IMG/VR virus record: IMGVR_UViG_3300014205_005221
Coordinates: 96,001-160,000 of that record
DNA length: 64,000 nucleotides
Source: a virus
Taxonomy: Duplodnaviria > Caudoviricetes
Strand: one strand, 5' to 3'
The notes beneath the pieces were generated by a model. That model worked only from the letters and a program-made list of their open reading frames with translations, had not been told where the DNA came from and made no database searches. Both the position numbers and the translations under genes were made by a program. This document shows, in pieces, positions 19,187-28,405 of this stretch (its first letter is position 1; the number at the start of each line of letters is the position of its first letter).

Positions 19187-20193
19187 TTACTCTTTTGGCT
19201 TAGGAGGAAGAATCATCCGTCCACCAAAGATTGCAGTGAGCTTCTCGAAGCTCCCCGCCTTGGGATCCGCCGAACTACCGACAGATTCCTCGTACGGGGC
19301 GTTGCCATTCTGTTTTGCTTTCTCCTCGGCAATGAGGTGATCAGCAGTGGGCTCTTTCGATTTACGCTTGTTAGACATAATCGAAAGCTCTGCTGCCGCC
19401 TTGCTCAGCTCCTTAGCTCCATCACTAGACATCGAAAGATTCGCTAAAAAGAATGCCAGCATCTTGGTCTGCCACTCGATGTAGGTACGTTCTCGATAAT
19501 CTGTAAGTGACTTTCGCTCGTTGATCGTCTCTACAATCTGCCTCAGTCGGCAGATTCGGAGGTCGAGGACTTCTTCGTCTTTCCAGCCGTACTCCGACGA
19601 GACGAGGTCTGCGGCTCGGGCGTAACTACCGACAATTCTGGGGTCGGCGAACCGGACTCCGGCTGGGAGTTCGAAGTCTGCGAGTTTGTCAATTGGCCGG
19701 TCTTCGTCATCATCGTGAAGGCCGCGCTCAGTCGTTTTCCCAGGGCCGCCAGGTCATTCTTCTCGCGCATGATGACGGCCTCGATGATCGAGATCGCGTC
19801 CTCAGGCTCGGGGTTGAACAGCTCCTCGGACAGCTTGCGACGCAGATCGTCGTTCGTCTCACGCTGCTTCTTGTCCGCACCCGGGGTCAGGCCATCGGGC
19901 TCGACCACCGACATGATGAACTCGACGGCCTCATCCTCTGCCTCGGGCAGCGCGATGAGCGCGATGGCGAGCAGCTGCGTACCGAACGCCTCCGCCCGCT
20001 CCTCATCACCGGAGATCGACATGGCCTCGCGCAACATCGGGATGTACGCGGCACCACCACGGGTGATGATGCGCAGCAGCCGGAACAGCTGGCGCAGCTT
20101 CAGCCGCTGAATCTCCACCTTGGAACCGGAGACAAGCTCAATCAGCTTGCCCTCCGGGTCCAGACGGTCGGTCTCAGAGTTCGGTAACGACAC
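19187..20193 (-). CDS. Tail assembly chaperone, long (gpGT-like) form via -1 programmed frameshift
   Basis: The -1 frame after GGGAAAA is open (TTERGLHDDD...SSEYGWKDEEVLDL...) and joins the 19187..19462 ORF. Confidence 0.85.
19543..20193 (-). CDS. Tail assembly chaperone, short (gpG-like) form
   Basis: 216 aa between major tail and tape measure. Confidence 0.85.
   Translation of the reverse strand: MSLPNSETDRLDPEGKLIELVSGSKVEIQRLKLRQLFRLLRIITRGGAAYIPMLREAMSISGDEERAEAFGTQLLAIALIALPEAEDEAVEFIMSVVEPDGLTPGADKKQRETNDDLRRKLSEELFNPEPEDAISIIEAVIMREKNDLAALGKRLSAAFTMMTKTGQLTNSQTSNSQPESGSPTPELSVVTPEPQTSSRRSTAGKTKKSSTSESAD
19735..19741 (-). promoter_or_regulatory. -1 ribosomal frameshift slippery heptamer G GGA AAA
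   Basis: CTG GGA AAA CGA (L-G-K-R); XXXYYYZ pattern matching the canonical actinophage chaperone slip site. Confidence 0.85.
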
Positions 20194-20229
20194 AGGTGCT
20201 CCTTGGCATCAGAAAACGACTAACAGGGA

Positions 20230-20775
20230 TCAGGTGACCGGCGAGTTCACCAGACGACCGATGGCCTTCTCGGGCAGAGGGTCGCCCTGCTCATCGACCG
20301 GGGACACAACCGCACGACCGGAGTAGTTCAGGACGAGACCGTCCTTGTAGGTCGGACCGTCGAAGCTGATCGGCATGAACTGCACGCGGAACAGCACGAT
20401 GTCCATCGTCCGCACCGCACCGGCCGAGTCCTTCGACGGAATGCGGATCAGAACCGGGCGCGGGGCCTGGTTCAGCGAGGACTGGGTCCACAGCGGCATG
20501 CTCCACTCGTCACCGGTGGAGGTGACAGGGGCTCCGGTCAGCAGCGAAATCACGTTGAACGGGACGTAGCCCGAGCTGATCGTGACCTCGGCGTAGTTGA
20601 ACCAGAACCAGTTCGACAGCACCGCGTCATCACCGGTGTTGTCGTAGCTGTCAGAGTCAACCGACACAGAGCCTTCACGAACACCGTAGATGTCCGCAAG
20701 CTCCGCACCAGTCTGACCATTCAAAATTGCTGCATGGCTGACCGAAAATGCTTCAAAGATCCCGGTTGCGGGCAT
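20230..20775 (-). CDS. Major tail (tube) protein
   Basis: ~181 aa immediately upstream of tail chaperones; beta-rich; GAAGGGA RBS. Confidence 0.8.
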   Translation of the reverse strand: MPATGIFEAFSVSHAAILNGQTGAELADIYGVREGSVSVDSDSYDNTGDDAVLSNWFWFNYAEVTISSGYVPFNVISLLTGAPVTSTGDEWSMPLWTQSSLNQAPRPVLIRIPSKDSAGAVRTMDIVLFRVQFMPISFDGPTYKDGLVLNYSGRAVVSPVDEQGDPLPEKAIGRLVNSPVT

Positions 20776-20843
20776 CAAAGATTCCCTTCATAAAATCCCG
20801 GGGCATCTCCGTGCTTCGTGGGATCGCTTCACTGGCTACGGGA

Positions 20844-20850
20844 ATCTTCG
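20844..20850 (-). promoter_or_regulatory. Putative late promoter motif variant (CGAAGAT)
   Basis: One-mismatch copy of CGAAGAC in the intergenic gap between HNH and major tail gene. Confidence 0.4.
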
Positions 20851-20857
20851 GCTGCCT

Positions 20858-21682
20858 CTACTCGGCAGAACCGCGCGCAGCCTTCCGGCGAGAAGCCGCG
20901 TAAAGACGGTTACACTCTCTGCAAGTGCCATTCTTAGACAAAGAGTTCTCTAAATCCAAAAAATGTCCGTCTTCGCATACAATTCTGTCCAAGCCCTGCT
21001 GATAGCAAATTTCAGCACGACGAACAAAAAAAGTATCACGAGACTTAATTACCTTGTCTCGCTCACACTGCTTGCACACAGCAGTGCCATTCTCATTAAT
21101 TCGAATACCAACTTCCGCAAGCACGTGTCCATGATTACAAGTCTCACGCTTGGTCAGCGACAACTTCACCCGGCCACGCCGAGCACTCTCTTCAGACGTG
21201 GTCCCATCCAGGTGCGCGGGATTCACGCACCGACGAATACCGCAAATGTCATTGAGATGGTCCACCACCTCACCCTCCTCAAGAGGGCGGTTGTAGAACT
21301 CGAAACTCCAGCGGTGCGCGCCGACCGTCTTGTACTTGCCGTCGACCTTGACCGAAAACCTGCCGTAACCCTGATGCGTCAGGTGACCGGTCCAATACCA
21401 ATGGCCGTCGCGGTCCTTCTCCACCCGGCGAAGGAACTTGGTCTCCAGGTCTTCATTACGCGGCCCGTACTCACGGCGGGGAACATGCTCGTACGCCACG
21501 GGCACCGCGTAGATGATCACCGAACCACGGGGAGTGCGGGCGACCTCCAGACGCGGAGACTTCAAGCCCGGCTCGGTGATCTGCTTGCGGCGCCCGTCCT
21601 CGTAGAAACGACGCGGCCTGGTCGGGATCCCCATCTGACGAATCAGAACGTCGCGCAGCGGGACGCCAGCGATCTCAATCAA
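20858..21682 (-). CDS. HNH homing endonuclease
   Basis: HWYWTG...GYGRF...AHRWSF...VDHL...CVNPAHL; C-terminal CNHGH...CKQC Zn motifs. Confidence 0.9.
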   Translation of the reverse strand: MIEIAGVPLRDVLIRQMGIPTRPRRFYEDGRRKQITEPGLKSPRLEVARTPRGSVIIYAVPVAYEHVPRREYGPRNEDLETKFLRRVEKDRDGHWYWTGHLTHQGYGRFSVKVDGKYKTVGAHRWSFEFYNRPLEEGEVVDHLNDICGIRRCVNPAHLDGTTSEESARRGRVKLSLTKRETCNHGHVLAEVGIRINENGTAVCKQCERDKVIKSRDTFFVRRAEICYQQGLDRIVCEDGHFLDLENSLSKNGTCRECNRLYAASRRKAARGSAE

Positions 21683-21725
21683 CTTACACTCCTCTAGGTA
21701 TGACTACTTTGTCGTACCCAAAAGA

Positions 21726-21995
21726 TCAGCTGTCGCGGTCGACTACCACAGATTCAATGAGGTCACCGGAGATGTCGAAACGGTGCAACACGAGGGCAAC
21801 GTCCTTGCCCTCGGAACGCATCCGGCGGCGGCAATCCTGGCACGCAAGCTCAATAAGATTGTCTGTGGTGACAGGAGCAGTCTGACCAGCAAGTCGGAGT
21901 TTGGCGAAAAGCTTCCGGGGGCCGGTGGGACACCGAAGCTCGACCTCGCGTGCGCTATCCACCGACATGCCCCAGACTTCGACCGAAGCCGTCAT
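21726..21995 (-). CDS. Small putative Zn-binding protein
   Basis: 89 aa; CP...CQDC; coupled to glycosyltransferase stop. Confidence 0.65.
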   Translation of the reverse strand: MTASVEVWGMSVDSAREVELRCPTGPRKLFAKLRLAGQTAPVTTDNLIELACQDCRRRMRSEGKDVALVLHRFDISGDLIESVVVDRDS

Positions 21996-23188
21996 GATGA
22001 CAATCCGTCTAAGGCGCCGCGACGCAGCATATCCTGGAACTGCGCTGACTCAGGCTTCTCCGGTTTGCGGCACATCCGCATACGTGTAGCGACCTCGACT
22101 CCTCGACTGCCCGCAACAGTTTCCAAGCGATCACAGAACCGCTCCAGGACCCGGGTCCAGCTCACCATGTTCGGGAGCGTGCGAGCGGCAACCTCGCCGC
22201 GACGCGCCGCCTCAGAACGATTGTTGTAGATACCGAGCATGATCTCCGCGAGATGGTCCTCATCCGCGATAGCCGCTCGCGCCTTGAGACCGGAGAACGT
22301 TTCCTTCATCTCGAACCGCAGCGGATAGGCGTACTGATCGCTCATCCACTGCGCGTGCCCGCCCACGTTGGTCGCCACGACCGCACCACCGGTGGAGGCG
22401 AACTCGATGGCCGGTCGGTTCTTTCCCTCGCCCCAGGACGGCGCCAGCAGCACGTGCGACTCACGGTAGAGCGCGTGAACGGCCTCGACCGACCACATCT
22501 CCCCGATGATCTTCAGACCCGAACACCAGGACTCCATGGCCGGATGCAGACCGGGATACGTGGTCTTGAGGACCAGCTGCGCATCTTGCAACTCGCCCGC
22601 GTCGCGCAGCTTCTTGAACGAATTGATCGACACCCACGGGTTCTTGCGTGACGACAGAGCGCCCAACATGAGAAAACGGAACGGGGACGCATTCCAGTCA
22701 CGCTGATGCGGAGGAAGTGTCGTCACCCCACCCTGAAGTACAGAAACTTTGTCGTGGTACGGGCTCAGAGCTGACTTGGACACTTCGTCGTAGGCGAACA
22801 CCGCGTCGAAGTGTGTCAAAGCCTTGCCCAGGTGATCGGTCACCCGAAACGCGTGCTCGCAGTTCGCCTGATTGACCTCATCGACGTTGTCGAGAGAATC
22901 CCACTCCCACATCGACCACGCCACCGACACCGTCGACACCGAGTACAACCCCGCCGACTCAGGAGAGCGCGCCAGCTCCTGGGGGCAGCGATGCGAAATC
23001 AACAAATCCACATGCTCGGGAATGGGCTTGGTGATTAGGGCCGCGACATCCGCCGGGAGCGGGGGATGAACACCGGAAGGGTGCAGATACACATCCGCGC
23101 CCCACGCCATCAGCGCCTGAGCAAGTTCAATACCATCTGTGCCGTAACCTGTTTGACTGTTCACCGGGCACGACAAAAGTACCTTCAA
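21992..23188 (-). CDS. Glycosyltransferase (GT-B, GT4-like)
   Basis: TTG start at 23188 with AAGGAG RBS; TGYG N-terminal motif, RKNP, and PSWGEGKNRPAIEFASTG (E-x7-E motif). Confidence 0.85.
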   Translation of the reverse strand: MKVLLSCPVNSQTGYGTDGIELAQALMAWGADVYLHPSGVHPPLPADVAALITKPIPEHVDLLISHRCPQELARSPESAGLYSVSTVSVAWSMWEWDSLDNVDEVNQANCEHAFRVTDHLGKALTHFDAVFAYDEVSKSALSPYHDKVSVLQGGVTTLPPHQRDWNASPFRFLMLGALSSRKNPWVSINSFKKLRDAGELQDAQLVLKTTYPGLHPAMESWCSGLKIIGEMWSVEAVHALYRESHVLLAPSWGEGKNRPAIEFASTGGAVVATNVGGHAQWMSDQYAYPLRFEMKETFSGLKARAAIADEDHLAEIMLGIYNNRSEAARRGEVAARTLPNMVSWTRVLERFCDRLETVAGSRGVEVATRMRMCRKPEKPESAQFQDMLRRGALDGLSS

Positions 23189-23201
23189 GGTATCTCCTTG
23201 C

Positions 23202-23726
23202 TCAACCTGTATTAAGCCCGTAATGGCATTGAAGACGTACGCCTTCCGGCCAGTCCGAGACCTCATAGACGTCGGGGAGCGACATCAGTTGCGAGCCCCA
23301 TACTCGCAATCCCGGATCTCCCGAAGCGCTGCCCCACACTTCGGAGAAACCATCAACCCGATGCAACACTGTCTGGAAATGCTCCCAGACCATACGAGCC
23401 CTAGATTCCGCATCATCTCGCAGCGGGGGCCCATTCAAGGACTCGCGCGAGCAATCCGCGTAAATCTCCAGCGACAGCCGTGGAAACCGAGCTGTGTTGT
23501 GCTGATTAGGACGTGTCCACGCGCCCTCTTCACGTAAAACTGCAGCGGCTTTCCCCGTTCCCTCCACCACTGCCTGAAGCTTGCGAACGAACAGCCAGAC
23601 TCCAACAGGCGCAGACCCCACGGGGGAGGCGAGCGCACTCACCACACCGGGAACGGTCGACAATTTGCGATGAGCGGCGACTGCGAGATCATTGCGCGCC
23701 AACAGAGGAAACAGCGAACTTGTCAC
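23202..23726 (-). CDS. Tail terminator-like protein
   Basis: 174 aa, last of four coupled connector genes; assigned by synteny. Confidence 0.6.
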   Translation of the reverse strand: MTSSLFPLLARNDLAVAAHRKLSTVPGVVSALASPVGSAPVGVWLFVRKLQAVVEGTGKAAAVLREEGAWTRPNQHNTARFPRLSLEIYADCSRESLNGPPLRDDAESRARMVWEHFQTVLHRVDGFSEVWGSASGDPGLRVWGSQLMSLPDVYEVSDWPEGVRLQCHYGLNTG

Positions 23727-24097
23727 TGCAACCTCGCACGGACTGTCGCACCCATAGCGTGCAAAAAATCATCGCGGAGCAGATCGAGGTTGCTCATCGC
23801 GTCGTGCTCCTCGCCGCGCCCGAACTCCTCTTTGGCGTACCTGACGATGGGGTGCGCGTAACCCGGGGCAGGCCCGCCATACGAGATCTCTCCCGACCAG
23901 CTGCTCTCATCTCGACGGTTCGAGACGCGACCTGAGCCCTTCAACGAGCCGGTGATGACGTGGACACGGGCCTGAGTCTCCTCAAAGCCCTTTGCCAGCA
24001 CCTGCGACAGCTCCGCCAGCGTCTCCACGCCGGGACCTTCGTGGGCGTCGAGAGCGTCGAGCCACTCCGACACATCGACATAGAGATAGACCGACAT
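23723..24097 (-). CDS. Tail completion/neck protein (HK97 gp10-like)
   Basis: VHVITGSLKGSG and YAKEEFG motifs. Confidence 0.7.
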   Translation of the reverse strand: MSVYLYVDVSEWLDALDAHEGPGVETLAELSQVLAKGFEETQARVHVITGSLKGSGRVSNRRDESSWSGEISYGGPAPGYAHPIVRYAKEEFGRGEEHDAMSNLDLLRDDFLHAMGATVRARLQ

Positions 24098-24495
24098 CAG
24101 AGATTCACCGCCACAGCACCCTGGGCCACAGAAGGGGCCACCTCGATCGCTTGTCCCTCAAGGTGATGGAAATTCCGCATGTTGATAGCGCGATCGGGAG
24201 CGGTGCGGACCTCCCAGGTGCCCACCACCGGACCCGCCACGCACTCCATGCGATCACCGGGACGCAGCTCGGTGCCCGGGGCACACCAGTATGTCGCCAC
24301 CCGATCGGGGGCACGACCGGCTTGCGCGGGCATGGGGACGTCCTTGCCGGGACGGTAGAAGCCGACCTCGATCCGGCACTGCACCCGCTCCATGCCCGCC
24401 ACCACGACCCAGCTGGTCGCGAGCACACCGTCGGTGAACACGCCCTGAGAACGTGTCACTCGCACGTATGTCGGCATAAGTCGATACGGGATCAC
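24097..24495 (-). CDS. Head-to-tail stopper
   Basis: 132 aa; LRPGDR...HHLEG motifs; synteny. Confidence 0.7.
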   Translation of the reverse strand: MIPYRLMPTYVRVTRSQGVFTDGVLATSWVVVAGMERVQCRIEVGFYRPGKDVPMPAQAGRAPDRVATYWCAPGTELRPGDRMECVAGPVVGTWEVRTAPDRAINMRNFHHLEGQAIEVAPSVAQGAVAVNL

Positions 24496-25031
24496 CGGTA
24501 CATGCCTCCACCGGACTCCAGCGGAGGACCCTGCCGGAAGTTCTCCGTATCCGCCGGACCCGTCAAGATCGGACGGCCACCGGCCCAGCCGATGTCACCA
24601 GGACGATCGAAGGCCGAGATGGACGCGTTGGAGATCGTCGACGTGAACGCGTCCGCCGCTGCATCGAGCAGCTTGGACACCGCGACGTCGAACCACGACA
24701 CACCCGACGGGATCCCGGCCAGCACATTCTGCTCAGCCAGGGTGTAGGAATACGAACCGATGTTCTCCGTCTTGAACGGAGAGAACCTCATGTCGCGATG
24801 GTTGTTGCCTTCAAAGATGGCCTCCGCCATCGCCAACACGCCGCGACGAGCAGTGCGCCCGAGCAGCGTGTTGGCCGGTGGCAGCTCCGTGATGGAGACA
24901 GACGACAGCGCAAGCTCCAGCAGATCACCAGCCTGCGCCAGAGCCTCCATCACGAACGGACGGTCGTAGTGCTCCGGGCTTTGACCGGTGAAGTTGGAAA
25001 GATCAATTTCCGTAAGCCCGGTATCCACCAC
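24492..25031 (-). CDS. Head-to-tail adaptor
   Basis: 179 aa; TENIGSYSYT motif. Confidence 0.75.
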   Translation of the reverse strand: MVDTGLTEIDLSNFTGQSPEHYDRPFVMEALAQAGDLLELALSSVSITELPPANTLLGRTARRGVLAMAEAIFEGNNHRDMRFSPFKTENIGSYSYTLAEQNVLAGIPSGVSWFDVAVSKLLDAAADAFTSTISNASISAFDRPGDIGWAGGRPILTGPADTENFRQGPPLESGGGMYR

Positions 25032-25040
25032 AACCTCCGA

Positions 25041-25799
25041 TTAGGTCAGCTTGGTCTTCAAGGTCGCCAGCTGCTGAATCGGACGTGCAACGCGGTTGCG
25101 ATTACGCTCGCGATCCGCTGCAGCGCCGTCCTTCCACGGCAAACCCGGCCATGGTCCATGTCCGAACTTGACCTGACCCCAACGGCGAAGCTGCTCACCA
25201 TCGGTCAGCAGCACCCACGACTTACCGGTGCGATCACAGGTGTCGCGCCACGCTGGAGTGCCCACCTCGAACTCGATCTCCTGGCCGACATACCAGACCT
25301 GACCGTTGGAAGTGAACCCGTCCTCGCGGACGTGAATGATCACCGTGTCGCCGGGAGCCGGGTCGATCGGAGGCGGGCCCACAGCCCACGACGCGACCTC
25401 CGCACCAGAGCCGGACAGAGCGGCCCGTGCTGCCGCCAGTTCGGCTTCCAGACGCAGCACCAGCTCGGTCTGGGCGGTGTTAGGGACCGGACCCGCCGGG
25501 AGGTTGTCCGAGCCAACGGTGTCGTTCGCCAAATTCTCCACATTGGTGTTGGAGATGACCACAGACTCCGACACATTCGAAGTAGTGACCGGCGGGACGT
25601 TGATGCCCGGGGTCGCATCGATCACCGGCTCGGGGTCCGGCGGAACGATGTAGGCGGACAGATCATCATCGGGCTCAGCCGACGCCACCTCATCGGGGGC
25701 ATCCGCAGGAGGGATCGCTCCCTTGGTCTTAGGAGTGCGCCCCGATGGGGGTGGCGGGCTGGACCGACGGATAGCAGGCTTCTCGTCTTCAGATGGCAT
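25041..25799 (-). CDS. Hypothetical protein (Pro/acidic N-terminus)
   Basis: 252 aa; AAGGAG RBS. Confidence 0.7.
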   Translation of the reverse strand: MPSEDEKPAIRRSSPPPPSGRTPKTKGAIPPADAPDEVASAEPDDDLSAYIVPPDPEPVIDATPGINVPPVTTSNVSESVVISNTNVENLANDTVGSDNLPAGPVPNTAQTELVLRLEAELAAARAALSGSGAEVASWAVGPPPIDPAPGDTVIIHVREDGFTSNGQVWYVGQEIEFEVGTPAWRDTCDRTGKSWVLLTDGEQLRRWGQVKFGHGPWPGLPWKDGAAADRERNRNRVARPIQQLATLKTKLT

Positions 25800-25819
25800 T
25801 GAATGCTCCTTGAGCTAAC

Positions 25820-26176
25820 TCAGACCTCAGCGATGTTGGTGTCGTCGTACGACACCGTCTGGCCACGGTTGGGGATGGCGTAGACGCCGACAGCACCGGC
25901 TGCAGCGATGAGCATCTGAATCAGCTCGACCGTCTGGATGCCGCCGACGATGGCCGACGCCAGCACGGTCAAAATCGCCGCGAGTGCCGACACGATGAAC
26001 TTGGTGTACTTCGCTCCCGGGATGTTCGGTGCGGTGAACACGGCAGCGGCACCGACGCCGATGATGGCGACGTTGACCCACTCCACAGAGTCCACAACGT
26101 TGTCACCCGCAAGCGCCGCCACCAGAGCAGCGGCGATCGTGACAACCACCTGCATGACGAGCTTTGCGTACTTCAT
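25820..26176 (-). CDS. Holin-like membrane protein
   Basis: 118 aa, four hydrophobic segments in two internal repeats; GVYAIPN motif. Confidence 0.65.
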   Translation of the reverse strand: MKYAKLVMQVVVTIAAALVAALAGDNVVDSVEWVNVAIIGVGAAAVFTAPNIPGAKYTKFIVSALAAILTVLASAIVGGIQTVELIQMLIAAAGAVGVYAIPNRGQTVSYDDTNIAEV

Positions 26177-26223
26177 GACAACCCTCCTCAGGAAGCGCAG
26201 CAGGAAAGCCGTGCTTCTCCGAG

Positions 26224-26230
26224 GTCTTCG
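26224..26230 (-). promoter_or_regulatory. Putative late promoter CGAAGAC
   Basis: Intergenic, upstream of the holin-like gene. Confidence 0.5.
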
Positions 26231-26242
26231 ACCTGGTGTCGG

Positions 26243-26425
26243 TTAAACTCCTCGACCCCGTACAAGTCCCAGGATCGCCAGAATGAACAGGACCACGGCG
26301 GCGATGTAGCCGATGATCATGACAATGGAGCCGCCCGGGGCAGGGATGTAGGGCGGAACGAAGATGGCGATGAGCAGGCAGATGACTGCGCCGATGAGGC
26401 AGCCGATCCAATTTGTACGCACCAT
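26243..26425 (-). CDS. Small two-TM membrane protein
   Basis: 60 aa hydrophobic; no SD, preceded by CGAAGAC-N6-ATG. Confidence 0.7.
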   Translation of the reverse strand: MVRTNWIGCLIGAVICLLIAIFVPPYIPAPGGSIVMIIGYIAAVVLFILAILGLVRGRGV

Positions 26426-26438
26426 GTAAGTGTCTTCG
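26423..26438 (-). promoter_or_regulatory. Putative leaderless late promoter CGAAGAC-N6-ATG
   Basis: GGTCGAAGACACTTACATG directly after a terminator. Confidence 0.55.
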
Positions 26439-26449
26439 ACCTAGAACGC

Positions 26450-26479
26450 AAAAAAGGGACCGGATTCGTCCGGTCCCTT
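26450..26479 (-). terminator. Intrinsic terminator ending the accessory island
   Basis: AAGGGACCGGA-4nt-TCCGGTCCCTT perfect stem followed by a U-tract on the minus strand. Confidence 0.85.
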
Positions 26480-26480
26480 C

Positions 26481-26717
26481 TCAGCTGGCCTCCGCATCCG
26501 GGACCAACCCCGTCGCCTGCCAGTGCGCCAACTGACCCTCGGTCCAGCCGAGCCACACGTGCAGCGGCTCACCGATGGTCTTCTTACAACGACGCCATTC
26601 TCGTTCTAGAAGTCTGACTTCCTCCGCGTTCAACTGACGAACCGGATAATTCTTCTCATGAACGGAATTGAGTCTACGTGCTACTTCCTGCGGAGTTTCC
26701 GGGGGAAGAAAACTCAT
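26481..26717 (-). CDS. Hypothetical protein
   Basis: ATG 26717 overlaps upstream TGA. Confidence 0.6.
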   Translation of the reverse strand: MSFLPPETPQEVARRLNSVHEKNYPVRQLNAEEVRLLEREWRRCKKTIGEPLHVWLGWTEGQLAHWQATGLVPDAEAS

Positions 26718-26797
26718 CCGCACTTACAAAAAAGGTAAGGACGTCCACACTTTGTGCAGTTACCGCGCTGAGGCGGACGGTAGAAATACCAGAACAT
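26714..26797 (-). CDS. 27-aa Cys-rich microprotein (MFWYFYRPPQRGNCTKCGRPYLFCKCG)
   Basis: Not in ORF track; AAAGGAG RBS; fills the gap; stop coupled (ATGA) to next gene. Confidence 0.6.
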   Translation of the reverse strand: MFWYFYRPPQRGNCTKCGRPYLFCKCG

Positions 26798-26806
26798 GAC
26801 TCTCCT

Positions 26807-27061
26807 TTAGTAGGGAGGATAGTAGCCACAATTCATACCAATGTTAAACATGCACTTACAGCAAAGATACCGCGTCAGTTCGTGAAAATGCCGAGGGCCT
26901 GATTGATCACCAATCTTGTGTGTAGCCGGGCCTCCGCACACGCAGATTTCTTCTACCGCCGAGATCGAGATGGAATGGGGAGCGTAGTCCACATTGACCC
27001 GATCCGGTTCCGCCCACGGCTGGCCCAACGAAGCCAACAAATCATCCATCTCACCCGGCAC
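26807..27061 (-). CDS. Hypothetical Cys-rich protein
   Basis: 84 aa; CVCG...CCKC; AAGGAG RBS. Confidence 0.6.
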   Translation of the reverse strand: MPGEMDDLLASLGQPWAEPDRVNVDYAPHSISISAVEEICVCGGPATHKIGDQSGPRHFHELTRYLCCKCMFNIGMNCGYYPPY

Positions 27062-27072
27062 GATGCGCTCCT

Positions 27073-27258
27073 TTAGTCTGTCCGACCATCAAGAGGCTGA
27101 TGCACTTCCTGCCACTCGATGGATCCGTCAGGACTGACTTCGCCTTCAGAAACCGGACCACACTGACAGTCATTCACAGGATCAACATCATGCTCTACAA
27201 GATCGTCCAACGGCACGATATGCACCCCGTGGATGGGATCATCTACTCGCGCCCACAT
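27073..27258 (-). CDS. Hypothetical protein (His/Cys motif)
   Basis: ATG 27258 coupled to upstream stop; HIVPLDD...H...CQCGP...H.PLDGR. Confidence 0.6.
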   Translation of the reverse strand: MWARVDDPIHGVHIVPLDDLVEHDVDPVNDCQCGPVSEGEVSPDGSIEWQEVHQPLDGRTD

Positions 27259-27635
27259 CAGGACGGTCCCAGCAGAAGCGAGATCGCATCTCGAAGCTCC
27301 GGGCACCCGGTCATCTCAGAAGACGCGCTCAACTTCTTGCCGTCCGTGACCTCGATACCCCGACCATACTTGCAGTCGCAGGTACGGTTCCCGAACGACC
27401 GGTACGCGCACACCTCCCGACGTACCGCCTCCAGCGACGCCGCCAGTTCCACGCGCCTATCGTATTCCGGCGCGAGCACATGCTGGGCCATCAACGGAGC
27501 CCATTCGGGATGTCCAGCACGCTGCATCTCGTAGAGAGCGACGTTCAGCGCCCGCTTCGCGTCATCGACCTCAACGTTGGTCTTCAGATAGACCCGCTGC
27601 AGGTTGGCCCGCGCTTCCTCAACCGACATCGACAT
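27258..27635 (-). CDS. Hypothetical protein
   Basis: 125 aa; CAY...CDCKY...GCPE; GGAGG RBS. Confidence 0.65.
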   Translation of the reverse strand: MSMSVEEARANLQRVYLKTNVEVDDAKRALNVALYEMQRAGHPEWAPLMAQHVLAPEYDRRVELAASLEAVRREVCAYRSFGNRTCDCKYGRGIEVTDGKKLSASSEMTGCPELRDAISLLLGPS

Positions 27636-27999
27636 TCGAATCCTCCCAACCCGGAGACATGCACGTCGTCCACGACGCCTTGGTCAACGACCCGTCCTTA
27701 GAACGCCGGACCAGAGAATCCCGGCCGTTCCACGTCACGCACGGCTCGACTACCACGCACCGATCACCAGAGCAGATGGTCACCACCTCGTTGCGCACCG
27801 GCATCCAGTACTCAGACTCGACGTCGCCCCGATGCAGCAACCACTGCAGGCGCCACCAGTACTCCAACAGCGGGAGAACGATGCCTCGGCGCCAGAACAG
27901 ATACACCAGCATGAACGGAACGCGAACGGCCCAGAACCGCGTCGACACCGAGCCGTCCGTAGGCTTCTTGATGTACAAACGAATCGTCGAAAGTTCCAT
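27619..27999 (-). CDS. Hypothetical protein
   Basis: 126 aa; TGATG coupling to DUF397 gene. Confidence 0.5.
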   Translation of the reverse strand: MELSTIRLYIKKPTDGSVSTRFWAVRVPFMLVYLFWRRGIVLPLLEYWWRLQWLLHRGDVESEYWMPVRNEVVTICSGDRCVVVEPCVTWNGRDSLVRRSKDGSLTKASWTTCMSPGWEDSNVDVG

Positions 28000-28196
28000 C
28001 AGATGACCGGATCAAACTCTTCCGGATCGAACTCACCCAGCTTCACGCCACGAATGAATGCGCTCCACTCGCTCCGGGTAAATCGCAACTTCGGGCCGTC
28101 CGACTCCTTGGTGTCGCTGATGAGGAACACAGCGTCCTCGCGCGAGAACTCGACGTCGACACAGTCACCGGACGGGTTCGAAAAGGACGACTTCAC
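27999..28196 (-). CDS. DUF397 family protein
   Basis: KSSFS...GDCVDV...SDTK...LRFTRSEWSAFIRGVKLGEFD; GTG at 28196 overlaps upstream stop. Confidence 0.85.
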   Translation of the reverse strand: MKSSFSNPSGDCVDVEFSREDAVFLISDTKESDGPKLRFTRSEWSAFIRGVKLGEFDPEEFDPVI

Positions 28197-28405
28197 GGCT
28201 TGGTGCGCTCCTTCCATGCCTTCTTGAACAGATCCCAGTTCACCCGCTGCCGATCGATCCATGGCGCCGCGTCCCAGGCGTCCACGATCTGCTCGTACAA
28301 CTCTTCACACGAGTTCAGATCTTCAGCTCGCTCTGCGGCGTCGTACTTCTCATTCAACTCCAGCCACTCCTGCAGAGACGGCGGGACTGCCAAATCAGCG
28401 CTCAT
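28193..28405 (-). CDS. Hypothetical protein
   Basis: 70 aa; starts at an 18-bp motif. Confidence 0.65.
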   Translation of the reverse strand: MSADLAVPPSLQEWLELNEKYDAAERAEDLNSCEELYEQIVDAWDAAPWIDRQRVNWDLFKKAWKERTKP

